From Octopus sinensis (taxonomy: Eukaryota), in the NCBI RefSeq assembly GCF_006345805.1, contig NC_043005.1, positions 94,054,001 through 94,118,000 of the forward strand: DNA of 64,000 nt, in the 5' to 3' direction. The position numbers and the translations under genes were made by a program. A model generated the notes under the pieces. That model saw only the letters and a program-made list of their open reading frames with translations. It was not told the DNA's origin and searched no databases. Numbering within the stretch: the first letter of the stretch is position 1; every line of letters begins with the position of its first letter. This document shows positions 38,187 through 51,064 of this stretch, piece by piece.

Positions 38187-39030
38187 CATCATCATCATCA
38201 TCATTTAACATCCGCTTTCCATGCTGGCATGGGTTGGATGATTTAACTGGGGTCTGGCAAGCCAAGAGGCTGCATCAGGCTCCAATCTGATCTGGCAATG
38301 TTTCTACAGCTGGATGCCCTTCCTAATGCCAACCACTCTGAGAGTGTAATAGGTGCTTTTTATGTGCCACTGGCACAGGAGCCAGTTGGGGCGAGGGGGC
38401 TGGCATCGACCATGTTTGGATGGTGCTTTTTAGATGTCACCGACACAGGAGCCAGTCAGGCAGCACTGGCATCGGCCATGTTCAAATGGTGCTTTTTACG
38501 TGCCACCAGCACAGTTGCTATTCGGGGCGAGGGGGCTGGCATCAACCATGTTTAAATGGTGCTTTTTACATGCTACTGGAATGGGGAGTCAGTCAGGTGG
38601 CACTGGCAACAACCCACACATGAGTGGTACTTATTGCGTGCTACCAGCATGAGAGCCAGTCAGGTGGCACTGGCATCAACCACAACTACAATTTCCATTT
38701 GATTTTGTTTTGATTTTGATTTTGATGTACTTGACTCAAGAGGTCTCCTCAAGCACAGCATGTCGCCTGACAATCCAAAGGTACTTTTTTAAGTGGGCTG
38801 GTTATGTGACACTAGTGTAGGCTATGGCTGTGATCTCACTTTACTTGCTGGGCTTTTCTCAGTCACAGCATATCTCCAGAGGTCTCGGTCTTTTGTCATT
38901 GCCTCTGTGAGGCCCAACATTCGAAGGTCATGCTTCACCACCTCATCCCATGTTTTCCTGGGTCCCCATCTACCACAGGTTCCTGCCACTGTTTGGGAGT
39001 GACACTTCTTCATACAGCTCTCCTCATCCA
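38187..39030 (-). mobile_element. RTE LINE 3' fragment with RT C-terminus
   Basis: MDEESCMKKCH...[13 protein letters not shown], tandem 3'-UTR units and (ATC)n. Confidence 0.85.
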
Positions 39031-39046
39031 TCTGTAGTACATATAC

Positions 39047-39090
<44 letters not shown>

Positions 39091-39327
39091 GCAAAAGTGT
39101 CGTAAGTCAACAATATTGCTTTTTCAGAAACTGAAAAAATAATTTCACCATTTCATAGCAAAACTGTTGTACTACACTTTAACAATTTTTGATATCTTTG
39201 GATCTGAAGCAGTTGGAGATATGATAGAACCGGCAGTTGCAAGTAAAAATAAATATTGCAAAAAAGTATTTGCCGAAATTTGGACTTACAACAGTTTAAC
39301 ATAATAGCAATGATATGTGTGTATGTA

Positions 39328-39534
39328 TTCTATTTGTTTCAGTCATTTGACTGTGGCCATCCTGGAGCACCACCTTTAGTCAAACAAATCGACCCCAGGA
39401 CTTATTCTTTGTAAGCCCAGTACTTATTCTATCAGTCTCTTTTGCTGAACTGCTAAGTTACGGGAAGGTAAACGCACCAACATTGATTGTCAAGCGATGG
39501 TAGAGGGACAAGCACAGACATGCAAACATATACA

Positions 39535-39570
<36 letters not shown>

Positions 39571-39625
39571 ATATATATATATATATATAATATATATATA
39601 TAGATAGATAGATAGGTAGATAGAT

Positions 39626-39665
<40 letters not shown>

Positions 39666-39805
39666 GTAGATAGATATAGATATAGATATGATAGGCTTTC
39701 AGTTTCCATCTACCAAATCCACTCACAAGGCTTTGGTCGGCCTTAGTCAAGGTGCCACGCAGTGGGACTGAACCCGGATCTATGTGGTTTGTATGCAAGC
39801 TACTT
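39328..39805 (-). mobile_element. Full-length family C SINE with internal (TA)/(GATA) microsatellite
   Basis: The head at 39690-39805 matches 26816-26930. The tail at 39328-39520 matches the end of 62060-62400. Confidence 0.65.
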
Positions 39806-39989
39806 TATTTCAATAAATTTGTCATGTAGGCATAATACAGAGGGGACAAACAAGGACAAACATAGAATGGTGAAGTAACTTAAAGCGTTATTATAAATCG
39901 ATTAAAAATATGAAAAATTAAAAAATAAAATAAAATAAAATACATTGCGCTATGCAATGTGACACCGAAGGAAAGGCATCAGACATCAG

Positions 39990-42390
39990 GGTAGGGCCTT
40001 TGCTTTTCTTCCAAGGCTCCACTTACTTGGTGCCAATCACTCCCAGCTTTCTTACTACAGGCTTCCATCTCTTCTCGAATTTCTCACGTGACAGATACCT
40101 CTTCTCCAGCCCGATCTTGCTACTGAGGTGGTAACTAAAAAAGTTACCCGTCACTGAGGTGGTAACTAAAGGTACCCGTCACAATCCCTTTCACACGTGT
40201 CTTCCATACCGTTTCTTTTAAAATGGCTACCACACAGTAACAACAGGCCTTCCTTTCCCCCGCTAAGGGAAGAAAGCGGCACAATCTCAATGATAGCTGT
40301 ACTCTTCCCATCGATGACATCAGTTGTTCTGTGAAAACTATCAGTCCCGATAATTACGGACATCCCACGAATGTGTGCAAGATGGTTTCCCTGTCCTGCC
40401 CACACCTCGGACATGTCGGCGAGATGGCACTTACATGCCTTAACAGCTTATCATGAACTGGTAACGCCACAGGGAAGCACTGCCAAGCCAGGGCTTTCTA
40501 GTAATTATCCAGATACCCCGGCCTGAACATTCTCCTGAACAGGTTGATCATAGCCAGGGTCTCCCCCAAGGCGTTTTCAGACATGAATCCCACTAACCTG
40601 CTATAAAAATCCACTATGGAACTTCTGTTGCCAGCATTGCCCACCTGAAAAAGTAGCTGTAGTGCCTGACGGCACTCCAATTGCCGATCCCACAGCCCAG
40701 GTCTCTGCTTGATCCATGTACCAATGTCTGTTAAGGACGTTAACCTAGGAAGGTAGAACCGGACGTGCGGTGACCACACCTGTTCTCCATCCAGGAGAAG
40801 CCAGAGGTGCCTCAGCCTTAATGTGAATTTTCACATCCTCAGCCAAGGCATCCCTAGCCCACCCTTTAGTCTGACAGCAGACAGAGCACTTCACAAGAGG
40901 TTTTCCTCCTTTCCACAGAAAGCAGAAAAGGATTCTCTCCCACTTGTTCAGCCACAAATCAGAGCAAGGCACCACAGTCAGACAGTAGGTGATAACATCT
41001 GCACCCCCTCTGCCTTCCCTAGCAAGGATAACGCCCACCCAGACCAGGTCTGGGTTAGAGCAGTCACCTTACTGGCTACCTCAGTACAATTTTTCTCGAT
41101 CTGGAGATCTGGTCCAAACCAGACTCCAAGCAGCTCAACAGGACCTTCGGTCCAACGTCCTATGACGTTGTTGGATGTCATTGGCTTGCCTCTCCAGGTG
41201 CCGAGTTGGAAACCGACCGACTTTTCCTTGTTAATATTTGCTCCTGCCACCACCTCGTAACTTTTGATGGCCTCTTCCACCACTGGAAGCTGGCTCTCAT
41301 CCGCCACGATGGAGATGTCATCCACATACGTCGTAGCTCCACCTCTGCACTACAGATCCTTCGGTGGCCTCCTAGTGCTTCCAACTTCCGCAGCATTGGC
41401 TCAAGAGCCAGTAAATACAAAAGCGGAGACAGGGGCACCCCTGATGTACTGAGCGTTTGATCCTGAATGGTTTCGAGAAGAATCCATTCACTTTGACTGC
41501 AGACTCGATGTCGCTGTACAAAGCAGCAATCCAACTGTAGAAGGTCGGGCCTAGGCCAGCCTTCTCGAGGACTGCCACCAAGTACCAATGGTCAACCCTA
41601 TCAAACACTTTAGACTGGTCTAAATGTACCAGTGCCCCTCGTGCGCCAGAAAGATTCCCCACCCTAAGGTGTAGCATAGAAGATGGAGATTGTCGTGGAT
41701 CGACTTGCCTGGGATGGAACAAGTTTGTGCCCACCCTACAAGTCTGTCCATGACCCACGCCAACCTTTTTGCTAACACCTTGGCCAAAATCTTTAACTCT
41801 GTGCTTAGCAGAGTTATGGGCTGAAAGTTACTAATCTCATTCCCCTTGCTTGAGTCCTTTCTGATCAGCATCACCTCCTCTCAGCTTGCAGACTTGGGAA
41901 TTCTCCCATTCTGCTGCCAATTGGTGTAAACGCAGGCCAGCAGGTGCCCGAACAAGTCTGGCATACTCTTATAGAATTCATAGGGCAGACTATCAAGACC
42001 CAGTGACTTCTCCCCAAGGCATTCGTCTAGCACCTTGATCACTTCCTTGGCTGTGATTGGCCCTTCACAGCACTCAGCCTCCCAGGCCAAGAGATGCAGG
42101 CTGCCAGACAAGAAGTCCCTAAGGGCCTCACCATGATCCCGAACAACTCGGCAAAGTGCTTGTATAGCGCCTCACCCATCTCGTCCTGACCTAATTGTGG
42201 CATCATTGCCATGCTGGGTTTCTACTGTACGGGCCCATCCAGCAACATTAATTCCCTCACAGCCCAATGCTCGCACTTTAGCCCGGACTCTACATCCCTC
42301 GTGTTTGACTTTGAGGTGACGGTCCAAGGCAATTCTTGCTGCCAAAATGTGGGATGCAGAGCCCAAACTCAACACCTCCTCTAAGTCCTT
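39990..42390 (-). pseudogene. Tx1/L1-clade LINE ORF2 (RT) fragment, decayed
   Basis: NFQPITLLSTELKILAKVLAKRL, LDQSKVFDRVDH, SVHQGCPLSP, YVDDIS, NINKEKS. Confidence 0.85.
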
Positions 42391-42392
42391 CT

Positions 42393-42626
42393 TTATTTAC
42401 ATTCGACGGATATTTGTCCTCATCTTGTTTGTTGTTAACACAGCGTTTCGGCTGATATACCCTCCAGCCTTCTTCAGGTGTCTTGGGGAAATTTAAAACC
42501 TGGGTTCTCATTCCTAAGGTATTCTTTGATGTTATTATTATTATTATTGTTCAGGTCACTGCTTGGAATCGAACTCGGAATCTTGAGGTTAGTAGCCTGC
42601 GCTCTTAACCACTACGCCATATGCCC
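42393..42626 (-). mobile_element. tRNA-headed SINE carrying a type I HHR motif (42437-42482)
   Basis: A box TGGCGTAGTGG and B box GAGTTCGATTCC, then (AAT)n, then GACAC-CUGAAGA-A-GGCUG..CAGCC-GAAAC-GCU-GUGUU. There is a 9-bp hairpin at the 5' junction. Confidence 0.8.
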
Positions 42627-42639
42627 ACGGGCATATGTA

Positions 42640-42990
42640 GGTTTTTACTGCATTCTAAACGCTTTGCAATGTTTGTTTTTGAAAGTAGTGGTTTTCTGAT
42701 TGCAGCCCTGCCGTGAAATCCGGCTTTGTGCTGCTCCCGGTGAACATTTTTTGTGGAAACTGGGTTCTCAAAGGTGGTCATTAAGCTCTGCAGTAATTTT
42801 GGGAGCTGTACTTTTGGGATCCTTGATTGACCAATATGGGTGGATTGTAGTCTATAAGGGAAGCAGTGATTAAATACCTGCCTTTGTGTGTAGGACAGCT
42901 CGGCTGAGGATAATATATCAGGGCTGTTAGTTGGTAGTGGCTTGAAGTTCATTTACAAGACGTTCTTCTTGGTGAAGTACATGTTGTATC
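42640..42990 (-). pseudogene. Tc1-like transposase N-terminal fragment
   Basis: ENPVSTKNVHREQHKAGFHGRAAIRKPLLSKTNIAKRLE (Tc1 HTH/linker motif). Confidence 0.75.
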
Positions 42991-43666
42991 TCATGGAGAT
43001 AGGATTGGCAATTGTGAGTTCTAGGTGAGTAATAAGTAGCCTTTCTTACTCACAATTATGTGAGTGTATGCTTATGTCCCCTTGACTCGACATGATAGTT
43101 GTAAATGAGAGCTACTGTTATTTAAGTTTGGTTGTTCATTCCAGTCTTTCATGAAAAAGACAACCTGCTAAAGGGGAACATTACTTTGCTTGCTAACAGT
43201 TGAAGTTTGATGTTAGGCATTGAACCATAGAAAATCTGTCAGACCCATGCAAGCATGGTAATATGGAATGTTGAAACAATGAAAATGAGACTGACTGAAA
43301 TGAGGCAGAAATGTGAAAAATGAAGTTCACCTTTTCATGATCATTTTTCAAAATGAAATACACTGTTGGAGTGGTTGGCATTAGGAAAGGCATCCAGCCG
43401 TAGAAACCATGCCAGATCAGATTGGAACCTGATGCAGCTCCCCAGCTTAGCAATTTTCAGTCAAACCATCCAACCCATGTCATCATGGAAAACTGACATT
43501 AAATGAAGATGATGATGATGTCCAGGTGTTTCATTTTATCTTAGAAAACAAGTTCAAATGGATTCATTAAAATACTTAAGTTCTTCCTTATTAACATGGT
43601 GTTTGAACATATAATAAAACTGTACTTGAAATCATGATTGAAGATTTTAATTTAAATATAACCATG

Positions 43667-43893
43667 TTAGTTCTTTTGATATCAACCTACCTGAGAGCGC
43701 TCCTCACTCCATTACACAAACTTCTGGTTCTAAAGTGATTTAAATTAAAATCTTCCATCAAAATTTCATTTTAATTTATGCTTCAAACACTAGATTAATA
43801 ACGACAAAGTTATTTTACCGAATTCTTTATTATTTTAAAAACTCAACCGAAACAAAGTATATTTCAACAAGAATATGGTCACTAAAGGGTTAA
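43667..43893. mobile_element. Possible piggyBac-type MITE, decayed
   Basis: The right end is AAAGGG|TTAA. The left end is only a degenerate TTAA-CCCTTT-like sequence. Confidence 0.35.
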
Positions 43894-45054
43894 AGCAAGA
43901 ATTGTTGTATACAGAATCAAAGGTGGTCTCAGTCACGTTTGTCTCAAAAGAGTTAAATGGACAGTCAATTAATTTTACAAATGAAACTGCTGAGAAACCC
44001 TCAGGTAAATGAGTTCTTTTTTTTTACCTATTGGGTCTGGAGAAAAAGGAAAGGCTCATGGCCTTTGCAGACTTTCTTAGACCAGTGAGAATGATGCCAT
44101 TAATGTTCCTCATGAATCTTTCTAAGTCAATACTTATGAGGAAGACTGGGAATAGTAGTTAGTGTGAGGCCTGGTAGAAATGGACATAAGAGTGATCAGA
44201 TGAGGAGGAGAGACTAGTGGAAGCAGAGTGTCTGAGTGAAAGAGGTGTGAGCACAGGCTGCTTTAAGGAACAAAGACAGCATACTTGTGAATGAGAGGTT
44301 GAAGTGCATCAATGAGTGATTTATATGTCAATCAGTTGAATGGCTTTTTTCTGGATGGAGTTTATGATGTTTGTGTGTAACAGCAGCCACAGATCGTCAA
44401 AGCTGTGAAAGCAATCCTCTAAACCTCTCTTAAACCACGTACCGCAATCATAAAATCAGGAAGGACATACGGAATACTGTAGCCCTGCATATACAATGTC
44501 TACAAAAAAGCAGATTGGTCATAACTGGAACAAGGTCTGACTATGATTAATCATGTTTAATCATAGTCAGAAACACACACGTCCATAAACCCACAAAATC
44601 AAACCAATGAGCAAGACTGTGCATGGTGGCTTAACTTGTCTAAAATAGCAGAATAATCTTCCTCAAATCACAGTTTGTATGTTTATTTTTCCATATTAAC
44701 ATGGATTAGATTAATATATATTATCAAGACATAGGATGAAGTGGTGAGGCATGACCTTTGAATGTTGGGCCTCACAAAGGCAATGACAAGCGACCAAGAC
44801 CTCTAGTGCAGTGGTTCCCAACCAATTTTTGGCCATGCCCCACTGAATCATTTCTAAAATCCTGATGCACCCACCCCTTGTGATATCTAATTTTTGTTAT
44901 TCAAAATTTTACTACTATTCACTTGGAAGAAGCTTAAAAGGCTATTAATTTGGTCTCTAAACAAGCTTCCAAAGAACATGGCATTCATGAAAGAGAAAAA
45001 TAAAGAAAAGCGGAAAGGCAGTTAAATAAATAAAGTTTCAAAAACATTGTGGAG

Positions 45055-46920
45055 GACACCCTCGAGCCAGAGAAGTGGACTGTTCCACTACAAATAAATA
45101 ATTGACAGACATAACGAGTGGGGAAACCAGCAAGCTAATTTATGTGGGTCGTATTGCACATTGTTATATACTGTTGAAGGTCTCCCGTTGGGGTGAGCCT
45201 ATGATTTGGATTGTTGAATTTGTTTTATTACTGTTGCTGTTTTTGCCTGCGGCCGTGTGATTTTTGCATTTGTTTTCCTCCCTATTTTGGGGGCAAGTGG
45301 AGGGAAGGGAGAAATGGAATGGGAACTAGTTCCAGCGCTTGCCGGCCGTTATGTTTCGGCAGCTGGAAGGGATGTGGTTGCAGATGCGCTGGAGGTGCAG
45401 GAGGTGGAAATCAAGCGGAGGAGGCTGGAGAGGAGTGCAACAGGTTGGTCCAAAGGGAGGGAGCTGGTTTGGGGCTGGCCCCACCAGAAGAATTAACAAC
45501 CAGCATAGCAAAGCAAATGGTGGTCTGCAGAACACTGTCTGCGACAGTGAGGAGGGTTGAAGTGGAAGCAGTGGAAGAGTGTCTGAAGGAGATGGGAAAC
45601 CTGACAACATTATAGACAGGAGGGGGAAGGTGTGACATAGTGGAGGTGGGGTTCGCTAGCAAGTGGGAGGTGATGGGTTGCTCCACTGTGACACTCAGGA
45701 CGCAGCAGTGGGTGCTCTTGCCAACTTACCATGCCAAGGGGGTTGCTGGAGTGAGGATGGGTAGGGTGCCCCTGGAGGTCGGGGAAGCATGGCGGGTGGC
45801 AGCCATTTTGCATGAAATGGAGGAGGATGTGGAAATTTTGAAGGTGACGAGGACAAGGCGGGTGAACCAGATGGGGTTGTGGCCTTGAAGTGGCCTTCCA
45901 GGTGGGACTGGAAGATCTGCATGAAGTTGCTGAGGAGGTGGTTTTGCCAGATGATGTGGGATTGAGAGTGGTGGTGGAGGGTGGACCTCCAGCCTGTTAC
46001 TGGTGCAGGTAGAGGGGACACATGGGGGTGGGGTGCCCCCAGAAAGGCATTAAAGGTGAGGAAGAGCAACAGGAGCAGAGTGCTGAAGTGGTGGCCCTGA
46101 TAGATTAGGAGTGCTCAGAGGAGGCGGAGGAGGCATTTGTGGTGGTGGCCAGAGAGGAAGAAAAGGAATGTGTGAACTCAGCACCAAAGAGCCCACTAAA
46201 GAAAAGGAAGGAGAGTAGAGTGGAATGTGCAGAAGCAACACGACACGAGCCTCCAACAGTACCACCAACAAAGAAAAGTGAAAGGGAAAATACCATAGAG
46301 AACCAAATTCCACCGCAGGAACAAACAATCCAAAGATCTGCAAAGAAAAATCACCAAATTCAAATTGGTGATTAGAATCAAACTACCAGTAGAACACTAC
46401 CCAGAGAGTACGAAGGCAATTGTGATAGAAAAGGTACGAAAAATTGAAAGATCTGTTTGGAAACAAGGTGGAATTTTTTGAACTACCACCAGTCATAGAT
46501 TATAAAGACTTATTACCATATATAAAATAGTAAACCGTAAGTAAACTGTTTTAATTTCAAAAGACTGTACACACGATGTAGAAAGAAAAAAAAGGAAAAA
46601 AAAAGAGAAAACTGATATAAAATCTTTACATTGAAATATTTAAATGGTACTGCTTGAGAGTGGGGCTCATGCAGCCATTTCATCCTCATTAATTATTATT
46701 CATCCCTCATTCATTGTTTTATGGTTTTTGTCCCCACTGTGGTGTTTTGCCTGTCCTTGTGCCATCCCCCCTCTGTGTTGTGGCATGTGTGCCAAATAGA
46801 GAAAACAAGTTAGCAAGGCACACCGTTTGGCCACTCATGTAGTCTGGGCCAGTTGAGCTGATGTACGTCGTCACAACACCACACAGAACAGTGTTGAACA
46901 AGACCCAACAGTGGCGACAA
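45055..46920 (+). mobile_element. ORF1-only (gag-like, CCHC) retroelement derivative, copy 1, decayed
   Basis: MEWELVPALAGRY... with a degenerate CCHC at 45995-46036. The 5' and 3' UTRs are homologous to 56468-59240. No RT follows. Confidence 0.65.
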
Positions 46921-47985
46921 GAATTTGAACTACATGCAGTGGAAAATGTAAAAAATCCTAACACTTTGTAAAAGTGGTGACAAGAATTTGAAAACATGCA
47001 AGACACAACAGTGGCGACAAGTTTTCGAACATACGCGGGATACAACAATGATTGCAGAATACAAAGAAAAATTTGATGATGAATTAAAAATTAAAGCAGA
47101 GAAATGTTTACAATATTACACGGAGACGAAAAAAAAATAGTGCAACAGATGTTAAGAAACGTGTAGGAAAAGAATATGAAAACAAAAATGCGCGGGAAGC
47201 AATGGGAGTGGATGGAGAGAGGACTTCAGAATATTCACAAGATCCAAGTTTTTCCCTCATAACTTTTAGGAAAATGGTTTTTAAATGAAATGGATCTTTT
47301 CGGTTTGAATGGCAGTTTTTTAAAATAATTTCGGCGAACTTTCGTTTGTCGTAGCACACGTTTCCGTCGATTTCCTCCGTCGATTTCCGTAAAAAATGTA
47401 AACACTGAATCGGCCATACATACATACATACATACATACATACATACATACATACACACACACATACATACACACACACACATACATAGATACATACACA
47501 CACACACATACATGCAGACATACATATACACATATACCGAGTAAAAAATTACACTGAATCGGCCATACATACATACATACACACACACATACATAGATAC
47601 ATACACACACACACATACATATACACATACACTGAGTAAAAAATTTCAGTTATCTCTCTCTTTCAAACATTACTCTCTCTGTCTCTTCGCACACACTAAC
47701 AGAAGCACTTCACTTACACAACATACTGTCTGTCTCCCACACCCCATCAAACACACACACGGGGACTTCAAAAAGAAATTCCCTCGTCATAAAATCGCTT
47801 CCTCTTAGTCTCTTTCGCTCTCATTACTTCAAATATTCCCGCAAAGCCATATGTAAAAAAATAAAAGTTTTTTACGGAAATCGACGGAAACATGTGCTAC
47901 GACAAATGAAACATCGCCATAATTTCTATGTAACTAAACACTTTTAAACTTCGTATACTGGTAGAATGTGTTTATAAAACATCTT

Positions 47986-48375
47986 GGATCTTTTCGGTTT
48001 GAATGGCAGTTTTTTCTAGCGGTGTCATATGAAATTGTCACCTATAATTATGATCTATTGCATTTCAATCTATTTTAGGGTTAGGGTTAGGGTATCTTTT
48101 TTTCTTCACAAATGTAAATAAACCTAATCTGTTTCTTAAACGAGGGACATATTCATACGGCACAGAATGTTTTTTATCTCAAATACGTTAGTGATTGGTT
48201 GAAATTGCAGAAATTGAAGAAAAAAACAACAAATATCTTATAAACTATAGAATTTTCTCAATAAAGCCGAGAGAAAAAGATGTTTTATAAACACATTCTA
48301 CCAGTATACGAAGTTTAAAATTTTTTAGTTACCTAGAAATTATGTTAAAAACTGCTGTTCAAACCAAAAAGACCC
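47986..48375. mobile_element. Nested 390-bp MITE, 8-bp TSD AACATCTT
   Basis: Same TIR family. TSD at 47978-47985 and 48376-48383. Internal (TTAGGG)3. Confidence 0.8.
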
Positions 48376-48410
48376 AACATCTTTTTCTCTTGGCTTTCTT
48401 GAGAAAATTC

Positions 48411-49489
48411 GGATCTTTTCCTTTTGAACGGCACATGTCAACACAATTTCTAGTTAACTAAACACTTTAAAACTTTGTATACTGGTAGAATCATCATCAT
48501 CATCATCGTTTAATGTCCGTTTTCCGCGCTAGCATGGGTTGGACAGTTCGACCGGGGTCTGGGAAGCCAGGGGCTGCACCAGGCTCCAGTCTGATCTGGC
48601 AGTGTTTCTACAGCTGGATGCCCTTCCTAACGCCAACCACTCCGCGAGTGTAGTGGGTGCTTTTCCCGTACCACCGGCACGGTGCCAGGGGAGTCTGGCA
48701 GCGGCCACAATCGGTTGGTGCTTTTAACATGCCACCGGCCTGTGTCAAAATAAAACATTTTTTTCTCTTGGCTTTCTTGAGAAAATTGTAATTTGTTTGT
48801 TTAACGTAGTTTAATTTTTCGAATTTTAACCAATGAATCGCCTCTATTGAGCTAAAATCATTTGCTGCGTCTAAAACTGAGACAACATCCTGTCACTAAC
48901 CCTAACCCTCACCCTCACCCTAACCCTAAATTTTAGCCTTTCGTTTTTTTTTTCTTAATTGTTAAATTAATTTAATTGTTACGCGTGTGTCTAAAATTAT
49001 TCGTTTTGTTTTTGTTTTGAGTTTTTTCTTTCGTTTTAGCCTTTCGTTATGTATACGTACAGATAGCGTGTGTATAAAATTATAGAATTATTTTGTTTGT
49101 TAATTGTTTAAATTATTTTCCATTGCTTTCGTTTTTTTTTCTTAATTGTTATCCTTAAATTAATTTAACAATTAAGAAAAAAAAAAACGAAAGGCTAAAA
49201 TTTAGGGTTAGGGTGAGGGTTAGGGTGAGGGTTAGGGTGAGGGTTAGGGTTAGTGACAGGATGTTGTCTCAGTTTTAGACGCAGCAAATGATTTTAGCTT
49301 AATTAGAGGCAATTGACTGGTTAAAATTCGAAAAATTAAACTATGTTAAACAAACGAATTACAATTTTATCAAGAAAGCCAAGAGAAAAAAATGTTTTAT
49401 TTTGACACATTCAACCAGTATACGAAGTTTTAAAGTGTTTAGTTAACTAGAAATTGTGTTGACATGTGCCATTCAAAAGGAAAAGATCC
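48411..49489. mobile_element. Nested fold-back MITE, 8-bp TSD GAAAATTC, with an RTE insertion in its left arm
   Basis: Long inverted arms with TTAGGG/TGAGGG runs. TSD at 48403-48410 and 49490-49497. Confidence 0.8.
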
Positions 49490-50612
49490 GAAAATTCTGT
49501 AGTATGTAAGATATTTTCTTCAATTTTGGTAATTTCAACCAATCAATGACGTCTATTGAGGTGAAAACATTATCTGCCGTAAAATCTTCTGGCGGTGAAA
49601 TATGAAAATGTCCCTTGTTTAAGAAACAGATTGGGTTTATTTACATTTCTGAAGAAAAAAAAGATACCCCTCCCCCCACCCCTAACCTACACCTAACCTT
49701 AACCCAACCGCTAACTCTAACCCTAAAGCAGATTGAAATGCAATAGATCAATACTAGGGTCATAATTATGGGTGGACACTAAGGAGGGAACGGTTTTGTT
49801 ATCCAGCTCTGTTTACGAGTGACCCCTCAGTTTATGGCCACAGGGTATCTTTTTTCTCATAAAATAACAGCGACATTTTCATATAACGCTGCCATAAAAT
49901 GTTACGGCAGAAATCGTTTTCACCTCAATAGACGTCATTGGTTGGGTGAAATTGCCGAAATGCAAGAAATTAAAGACCAAATATCTTACAAACTATAGAA
50001 TTTCCTCAATAAATCCAAGAGAAAAAGATGTTTTATAAACATATTCTACCAGTATACGGTTTAAAATTTTTTAGTTACATAGAAATTATTTTTAAAAATT
50101 GCCGTTCAAACCGAAAAGATCCAATGAAATTTTATATAAATACCTTTCAAACGACATACATTATAGTTATAAAGAAATTTGAGGGTAAAATCTTTTCCGA
50201 ATGGGTGGCGAGACGACTTCGGAAAATTCACAAGATCCGAGGTTTTCGCCCATAACTTTGAGGAAAATAAATATCTTTGGTCAATATAAAGATCCTCACC
50301 CGTTAACGAAAAAAAGAAGAAGAAAAAACCCCCAGTCTGCTGGGTGTTAACAACTGTGTAAAAAACGAATATTAAAAAAAATTATTGCGCAAACGAACCT
50401 GGGGTGGGGAGAGGACTTTCGGAAAATTCACAAGATCCATCATAACTTTCATGAAAATGGATATATATATATATATATATAAAACCGCAACACCCTCCCC
50501 TCCCAATTCTACGGTCTTGGCCTTCAAGCAGGCTATCCACATGCTGGGGTTTCCCGAAAATCCGCCCAGGGCTGTTAAACGGAAAATTCTATTTTACAAA
50601 ACTATTTTTTAC

Positions 50613-51064
50613 ATTATTTACATTTGACGGTAATTTTTCCTCATCTTGTTTGTTGTTAACACAACGTTTCAACTGATATATCCTCCAGCTTTCATCAGAT
50701 GTCTGGGGGAAATTTCAAACCTTGGTTCTCATTCCTAGGGTATTTTTCCATGTTGTTGTTGTTATTATTATTATTATCATTATTATTATTCATGTCACTG
50801 CTTGGAATCGAACTCGGAATCTTGGGGTTAGCATCCCGCGCTCTTAACCCCAAGATTCCGAGTTCGATTCCAGGCAGTGACCTGAATAATAATATTGAAA
50901 AATACCCTAGGAATGAGAACCTAGGTTCGAAATTTCCCCAAGACACCTGATGAAGGCTGGAGGGTATATCAGCCGAAGTGTGTTAACAACAAACAAGATG
51001 AGGACAAATATCCGTCAAATGTAAATAATGTACATAATTCTTCATCTCTTAAATATAGAATTGT
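50613..51064. mobile_element. Head-to-head dimer of the tRNA-HHR SINE flanked by a 15-bp TSD
   Basis: Minus copy with intact HHR core (50658-50703) and plus copy with GAAAC partly deleted (50942-50984). AAAACTATTTTTTAC at 50598-50612 and 51065-51079. Confidence 0.8.

Larger units (their letters stand above)
47292..50122. mobile_element. Non-autonomous TIR element (GGATC...GATCC) with 8-bp TSD AATGAAAT, containing two nested relatives
   Basis: TIR GGATCTTTTCGGTTTGAA(T/C)GGCA at both ends. AATGAAAT at 47284-47291 and 50123-50130. Confidence 0.8.

Noticed and set aside
39128-39241. Further plus-strand exon (TEKIISPFHSK...)
   Set aside because: It has a good acceptor but contains a stop unless one T is removed, and its phase does not follow exon F. 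Unresolved.
42553-42626. tRNA gene
   Set aside because: The acceptor stem does not pair, the anticodon differs between copies, and it is always linked to the same downstream body. It is a SINE head.
44805-44885. hAT MITE starting CAGTGGTTCCCAACC
   Set aside because: Only one TIR-like end is visible. No partner end or 8-bp TSD was found.
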